This document shows positions 50,444 to 56,714 of a stretch of 56,714 bases of DNA, piece by piece. A program made the position numbers and the translations under genes. This stretch comes from Octopus bimaculoides (Eukaryota). Within the stretch, counting starts at the first letter, position 1. Every line of letters begins with the position of its first letter. The notes beneath the pieces are model-generated. The model saw nothing but the letters and a program-made list of their open reading frames with translations, made no database searches and had not been told where the DNA came from. The stretch lies in the NCBI RefSeq assembly GCF_001194135.2, contig NC_068993.1:9314284-9370997 (forward strand), written 5' to 3'.

Positions 50444-50854
50444 GTATATATTTTAAAAAATAAAAAAAAAGACATAAGGACAAAAAAACCCAGCCACCAA
50501 ACTCTTTTGATGAAAGCTTCAAATTAAATGGTGCCACAAAGGCTGGCAGTATAGAAATGATGAAAATTAAGAAAAATAAGAAGAAAAAAAAACCTCTTCT
50601 TCTTTTATTGATTTTGTAAAAAAAAAAAAAAATCGTTAGAAATCAGAATGAATTGTATAGAGAATAAAAATAAAATAAAAACAAAATAATCTTTGAAAAC
50701 AGATCTCTTACATATACTCACACACACACACACATATAAGTATGTATGTATATATGTATGTGTGTATATATATGTATGCATGTATGTGTATACATACATA
50801 TATGCATGTGTGTGTCTGTATATAAATTTATATATGTACATGTGTGTGAGTGTG

Positions 50855-50885
<31 letters not shown>

Positions 50886-51516
50886 CCACACACATACAAG
50901 CAAAAGTTGGTGCACACAAATCTATTACGCAGACACAAGGAGAGCCTGGTGCACATGCGCACACAAGCATTCACACATAGAGATGCACACATAATGTAAA
51001 AGACACACACACACACACTTAAACATACAGACTACTGCCACATACTAACAAAAACAAACATTTAAACACACACATAAGAATGTGTATGCATGTGTGTGTG
51101 TGTGTGTGTGTAAAGTATAGAGAATGATGGTGATTAAATTGATGATCATGATGATGATGGTGGTGATGAAGATAGCGATGATGATGATGATGATAAACTA
51201 ACAAATTCTCTCACATATCTCATGATTTCCTTTCCCTCCATTGCTTTGAAATAATAAACGATAACTTTTCTTCTTTTTTTTTTTCTAAGTGCGTGTGTGT
51301 GTGTGTGTGAGGGGCGATGAAAGGAGAAGGTTAATTCTTTTGATATCAGACCATCTCAGATAAGCTCTGGTTTCTATGATATAATAAAATCACTCCTTGT
51401 TTTAAGGTATTTGCATTTTAAATTAAAAACCTTTTCATAATAATTTTATCTAAAACGGAAAAGAAAAAAAAAAGCCATAATAATAATAATAATAATAATA
51501 ACAATAATAATAATAA

Positions 51517-51731
51517 TCCTTTCTACTATAGGCACAAGGCCTGAAATTTGTGGGGAGGGGGATAGTTGATTACATCAACCCCAGTGTTTTACTGGTATTT
51601 AATTTATCAACCCTGGAAGGATGAAAGGCAAAGTTGACCTCAGCGGAATTTGAACTCAGTATATAGCAACAGGCGAAATACTTCTGAGCATGTCATCCAG
51701 TGCACTAACGATTCTGCTAGCTCGTTACCTT
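51517..51731 (-). mobile_element. Family F SINE with (AAT)n on both sides
   Basis: Reverse F head, core and tail; (AAT)n at 51478-51516 and about 51735-51760. Confidence 0.82.
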
Positions 51732-51862
51732 CCAATAATAATAATAACGATGATGATTATAATAAAGCAGGTTAAAACATTAACTTAATTTACCAATTAA
51801 TGTTGGTGCAGGTATGGGTGAGTGAAGGTCCCAGGTTCAATCATACTGTGTGACATGATTTT

Positions 51863-52215
51863 TAGGAGTGACTGCGTGGTGAGAGGCTTGCTTCCCAACC
51901 ACATGGTTCTGGGTCAGTCTCACTGCGTGGCACCTTAGGCAAGTGTCTTCTACTATAGCCTTCAGGCTAACCAAAGCCTTGTGAAAAAATTTCGTAGATA
52001 GAAACTGAAAGAAGCCCACTGTATATAAATATGTGTGCGTTGGTCTTTGTGTTTCCCTCAATGCTCCTTGACAACCAGTGTTGGTGTGTTTACACCCCCA
52101 GGGCCTAGTGGTTCAGCAAAAGAGACTGATAGAACAAGTACCAGGCTTTCAAAAGAAAAATATACTAGGGTTGATTCCTTTGACTAAAAATTCAAGGCAT
52201 GGCCAGTTCAAAAGA
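51863..52215 (+). mobile_element. SINE family B; further copies at 53879-54235 and a 3' half at 56177-56345
   Basis: Matches the B head, body and tail. Confidence 0.78.
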
Positions 52216-52761
52216 TAAAAAAAAAACCAAGCAAAAGATAAAAAAATAAAAGAAAAAAACTTAGGTCATCCCTGAAGTGTTAGGACTGAACTCATATCTC
52301 AAAGACAGGACCTTGTCACACACCATGTAAAGCTGATTCAGTGGCACCAATGACTGTGCAGTATTCAGCCACTTATGTAATTCTATAAGAAGTAGGGGAG
52401 TTTGTTGATTGAACAACTGGGTTACTTATCATTGGAACCAACCGAGGATCCATTCATACTAATTAATGAAACAGTTTAACTGAATTTTTGATTAATTTCC
52501 AAGAAATTCTTGATTAATTTTTAAATTAATTGAAATACATGGTGTATGCGGGGAAATTGGAATACAGTTACAGAATGGTTAAAATGTTTGCTCTGTGAGC
52601 TGACATAGGATGCAACAATAACATGACCATCATCACCATTATTATTGTTGTTGGTTTATGTCCACTTTCCTTGCTGGTATGGACAGGCCATGTCACCATG
52701 GTCTGAGGCAGCACAAAGGAGCTGCTTGGCTATTAGGGTCAGTGGAATACATCTGCTGGCT

Positions 52762-53059
52762 CAGGGGTTTTCAAACTGTAGTCCACGGACCACAGGGGGT
52801 CCGCAAAGACAAGACAGGGGGTCCATGGACAGCAAATACATTTTATGGGCAATTTGATTTTATATATGTTTTTTAATCAAAATTTTTTAATTGATAATAA
52901 ACCTATTTTGTTAAATACTGTTAAATAAATAAATGTAAAAATATATGTTACTTTAAGCAAATATTTATGTATAAATTTCATAAGCATTTATAAGGAGGTC
53001 CCTAAGGTAAAGCCTGAAATATAAAGGGGTCCGCAAGTCAAAAAATTTGAAAACCCCTG
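52762..53059 (+). mobile_element. hAT MITE (second subfamily) inserted in a minus-strand family A variant
   Basis: Perfect 14-bp TIR CAGGGGTTTTCAAA / TTTGAAAACCCCTG; 8-bp TSD TGCTGGCT / TGTTGGCT. Confidence 0.9.
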
Positions 53060-54312
53060 TGTTGGCTTAATTTCTATGCCTAAATGCCCTTCTGAATGCC
53101 AGCCACTTAAAAGTGTACTGGGTGCTTTTTATCATGGCACCCTCAGTAGGGAGATGTCATGCCCTCACCAAGAGTAAAGGGATTTTAAAATCTTACGCTT
53201 TATAGAGGGTCCTGGATGCACTTTTTTCTTGCACCAGAATTAAAGAGGTAACCATATTCATGACACAACTAAAGGGACCCCTTGAGCCCACATCTGTTCA
53301 TTCACTAGTCTCTTTACAGAGCAAAAGGCAGGGCAGACAGCAGAAACATGAATGAAAGTGATAAGAGGGATGAATGATAGGAGTACTCAGATCCATGGCA
53401 AGTGGGCAAGAAGGAGCAAGCATGTAATGGCAGGTAGAGTGAAGAAGAAGGAGAGAGGGAGAGCCAGGTGCGTGGGGTAATACGGTGGGGTGATGAGGGT
53501 CAGGGTAAAGTGTACTGACTGCAATCAGCCTGATGTAGTGAGGTTTCTTAAGGACAGAGGAGGGCAAATGGGGAGGATGATGGTAGAAAGGACAGGACAC
53601 AGATGAGTCGCATAGATAAGGGTGACAAAAAAAGGAAATGAGTGAAGGGGAACCTTTATGCACTGTTGATGTCAGATAAATCTACAAGAACAAATGAAGA
53701 TTTTAGCTGACATTGACTGAAATATTACAAACAAGATTTATCACTTAAGCACCATGAAACCCTCCAGGGAGCTTTTTAAGGGCCAGCTAAGAACTGTCCC
53801 TTACAAAGCTCTTTGCAGGATTTTGGATGAAAATTTATATACTTTTAAAATAAAAACGATAAAGAAAAGTGCCACGGTTAGGCACAGACATGGCTGTGTG
53901 GTTAAGAACCTCAAATTGTAGCTATGTGATTTCAGGTTCAGTTCCACTGCATGGCATCTTGGGAAAGTGTTTTCTATTACAGACCTGAGCCAACCAATGC
54001 CTTCTGAGTGAATCTGATAGACGGAGATTATGTGGAAGCCTGTTCTATGTGTGTATGTGTGTGTGTGGGGGGTGTTCACATTTATACCCCACCACTATGT
54101 GACAACCAGTGTTGGTTTGTTTACATTCCAGTAACATAACAGTTTAGCAAAAGAGAACAATAAAATAAGTGCTAGACTTAAAAGTATTGGGATTGATTTA
54201 TTCAACTAAGACCTTCAAGGTTTGAAACGCATAAAAGACACGCCACACTGATACCTACCACAATATACTATATCTCTGCCAAAAGTAAATAAAGCCATTT
54301 TAAACCACTTAC

Positions 54313-54328
54313 CTCGGGTCTTGGACAT
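54313..54328 (-). CDS. Candidate first coding exon segment (MSKTR, ends phase 1)
   Basis: AAAATA-ATG TCC AAG ACC CGA G|gtaagt; A-rich start context; in-frame TAA upstream at 54362-54364. Confidence 0.5.
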
Positions 54329-54468
54329 TATTTTCAGCGTAGTAAGAATCCTTGCCAAGTTTTAGACCAATATTTACAAAAGAGACAAGTTATCATATTT
54401 CCAAAATTTTAACTTTGTCTTCAAATAATTCCCCACAAACATTAAATAAACACAGCAGCACTCGGTTG

Positions 54469-54474
54469 AACTGA
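54469..54474 (-). promoter_or_regulatory. Possible Initiator element (TCAGTT) about 145 nt upstream of the candidate ATG
   Basis: Matches the invertebrate Inr consensus TCAKTY in unique sequence; no TATA or DPE seen. Confidence 0.25.
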
Positions 54475-54879
54475 TTTGATTAAAAGCATAAACCATTAAT
54501 TGATTGATTAAATCCTTGAAGAACGACGATGAACTATCCTAATCATGATTTAAGAGGTCAAGTTGCAACACTATAAATTATAAATAACATCAAAAGAAAT
54601 TATATCTAATTCTCCAAGACACTTTAGAATTAACAGGACACAGAAGGCGTTCTAACTTGGTTGACCTAAAACTTCAAAAGATACTGGGTGTTAAATTCAA
54701 GTCCATGTCTATTTTTGGAAACTTAATTTCTAAATTGTCAACTCAACAAACTCTGCCAACTGATATTGTATATACTGTTAACGAGGAGATAACGAGATAA
54801 GACAAGCTGTCAAGCAGCAGTTTAATACTTCATTTATCGACACTTACTGTTGGTAGTTTACACATGGAAAAGTTGAATT

Positions 54880-54983
54880 TGTTACACACACACACATATA
54901 TGTATATAGATATATATACACACATATATATATAATATATATATACACATACATACAAACATATATATATACATAGATATATG

Positions 54984-55043
<60 letters not shown>

Positions 55044-55107
55044 TATATAATATATATATACACATACATACAAACATATATATATACATAGATATATGCA
55101 TACATAC

Positions 55108-55152
<45 letters not shown>

Positions 55153-55155
55153 TAT
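54880..55155. repeat. TA/TACA microsatellite with a ~117-bp tandem duplication
   Basis: ACACATATATATATAATATATATATACACATACATACAAAC...GATATATGCATAC block occurs twice. Confidence 0.75.
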
Positions 55156-55175
55156 TGTAAGAAATTAGAATTATG

Positions 55176-56168
55176 AACTCAGGAAGAAAACCAAATCTTT
55201 CAGGTGGGGATCGTTGAACTCTTACATGAATTGTTAGAAAGGATCACAAAAGTACAGCTCACAGAATTACTGCAGAACTTAATGACCACCTTGAGAACTC
55301 AGTTTCCACAAAAACTGCTCCCTGGGAGCTGCACATAGCCGGATTTCATGGGAGGGCTGCAATCAGAAAACCACTACTTTCAAAAACAAACGTTGCAGAG
55401 CACTGGGAGTGGAGTAAAAATCTACAGAATTGGTCCCTAGAGCAGTGGGAGAATGTTATTTTCTCAGACGAATCATCCTTTACCTTATTTCCGATCACCA
55501 GCCTAATATACGTGTGGAGACAGGCAAAGGAAGCATTTGACCCAGACTGCCTTCTTCNNNNNNNNNNNNNNNNNNNNNNNNNNNNNNNNNNNNNNNNNNN
55601 NNNNNNNNNNNNNNNNNNNNNNNNNNNNNNNNNNNNNNNNNNNNNNNNNNNNNNNNNNNNNNNNNNNNNNNNNNNNNNNNNNNNNNNNNNNNNNNNNNNN
55701 NNNNNNNNNNNNNNNNNNNNNNNNNNNNNNNNNNNNNNNNNNNNNNNNNNNNNNNNNNNNNNNNNNNNNNNNNNNNNNNNNNNNNNNNNNNNNNNNNNNN
55801 NNNNNNNNNNNNNNNNNNNNNNNNNNNNNNNNNNNNNNNNNNNNNNNNNNNNNNNNNNNNNNNNNNNNNNNNNNNNNNNNNNNNNNNNNNNNNNNNNNNN
55901 NNNNNNNNNNNNNNNNNNNNNNNNNNNNNNNNNNNNNNNNNNNNNNNNNNNNNNNNNNNNNNNNNNNNNCCACCATCATCACTACAAGAACTGGAGACTG
56001 TTTTAGTTGAAGAATGGACAAAAATTCCTTTGGAAACAATTCAAACTTTGTATGAGTCGATACCGCGTAGAATTCAAGCTGTAATTACTGCCCAAGGCAG
56101 TCCTACCTCATATCAAAATAAATTTGTTTGAAATTTTAAGGTGCTTCCATTATTTTGTCCAGCCCCTG
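55176..56168 (+). pseudogene. Decayed Tc1-family transposase with right TIR; 5' end missing; central part lies in an N gap
   Basis: Translates [19 protein letters not shown]...GRAAIRKPLLS...WENVIFSDESSF...WRQAKEAFDPDCLL, then PSSLQELETVLVEEWTKIP...LYESIPRRIQAVI; TIR GGTGCTTCCATTATTTTGTCCAGCCCCTG followed by TA. Confidence 0.92.
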
Positions 56169-56483
56169 TATATGAATGTTGGTGTGTTTATGTACCTTTC
56201 ACTTAGCAGTTCAGCAAAAAGAGATGGATAGAATAAGTACTAGGCTTACAAAAAACAAGTCCTGGGGTCAATTTATCAACTAAAGGTGGTGCTCCAGCAT
56301 GGCCACAGTCAAATGACTGAAACAAGTAAAAGAATAAAAGAATTATACACACACACACACACAGATAAATAGATAAAACTTACTTGGAAGAAGATGCGTG
56401 GTGTTCAATCATATAATAATATAAATAATATATATATGCATATGTACATATGTATATGTAAATATGTACATATATGTATGTAT

Positions 56484-56714
56484 ATCATTATCATCATCAT
56501 CATCGTTTAACGTCCGCTTTCCATGCTAGCATGGGTTGGATGATTTGACTGAGGACTGGTGAAACCGGATGGCAACACCAGGCTCCAGTCTAATTTGGCA
56601 GAGTTTCTACAGCTGGATGCCCTTCCTAACGCCAACCACTCAGAGTGTAGTGGGTGCTTTTACGTGTCACCCGCACGAAAACGGCCACGCTCGAAATGGT
56701 GTCTTTTATGTGCC
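56484..56714 (-). mobile_element. Family A, young; inverted near-identical twin of 1-241
   Basis: By eye, two substitutions and one 2-bp indel over about 220 bp. Confidence 0.85.

Larger units (their letters stand above)
804..55970. other. Twelve assembly gaps (N runs): about 804-852, 4588-5114, 7144-7440, 8080-8340, 12331-12866, 15194-15843, 16438-16466, 18591-19034, 26974-27701, 35879-36086, 44204-44247, 55558-55970
   Basis: Runs of n, mostly next to microsatellites or repeats, as in a short-read scaffold. Confidence 0.97.

Noticed and set aside
342-55149. Most ORFs in the supplied track (YIYI, CVCV, HTHT, poly-H/V/P/X)
   Set aside because: They are translations of microsatellites, low-complexity tracts or N runs and show no protein-family signal.

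Overview
AT-rich eukaryotic DNA dominated by microsatellites and interspersed repeats, with 12 N gaps. The repeat families look like those of Octopus (coleoid cephalopod); this is my inference from recognising the repeats, not a database result. There are no prokaryotic features, rRNA, true tRNA genes or CRISPR arrays, and almost all ORFs in the supplied track are microsatellite or N-run artefacts. The window holds several tRNA-derived SINE families (labelled B, D, E, F, G here), RTE-LINE 3' ends (A), piggyBac-like TTAA MITEs (C, I), hAT MITEs with 8-bp TSDs, a decayed Tc1 transposase and a mariner-type fragment, often nested two or three deep. Three observations stand out. (1) A chain of very short minus-strand candidate exons (16, 36, 12, 32, 18 and 25 nt) is spread over about 49 kb and joins in compatible phases into a stop-free N-terminus, [46 protein letters not shown]; I do not recognise the gene. 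(2) A strong AG|GTAAG site, like a recursive splice site, lies 60 nt upstream of one of these exons. (3) Two copies of a ~200-bp element next to (TA)n tracts each carry a minimal hammerhead-ribozyme fold with a shared non-canonical core (CUGUUGA). All alignments were done by eye, so repeat boundaries are approximate.
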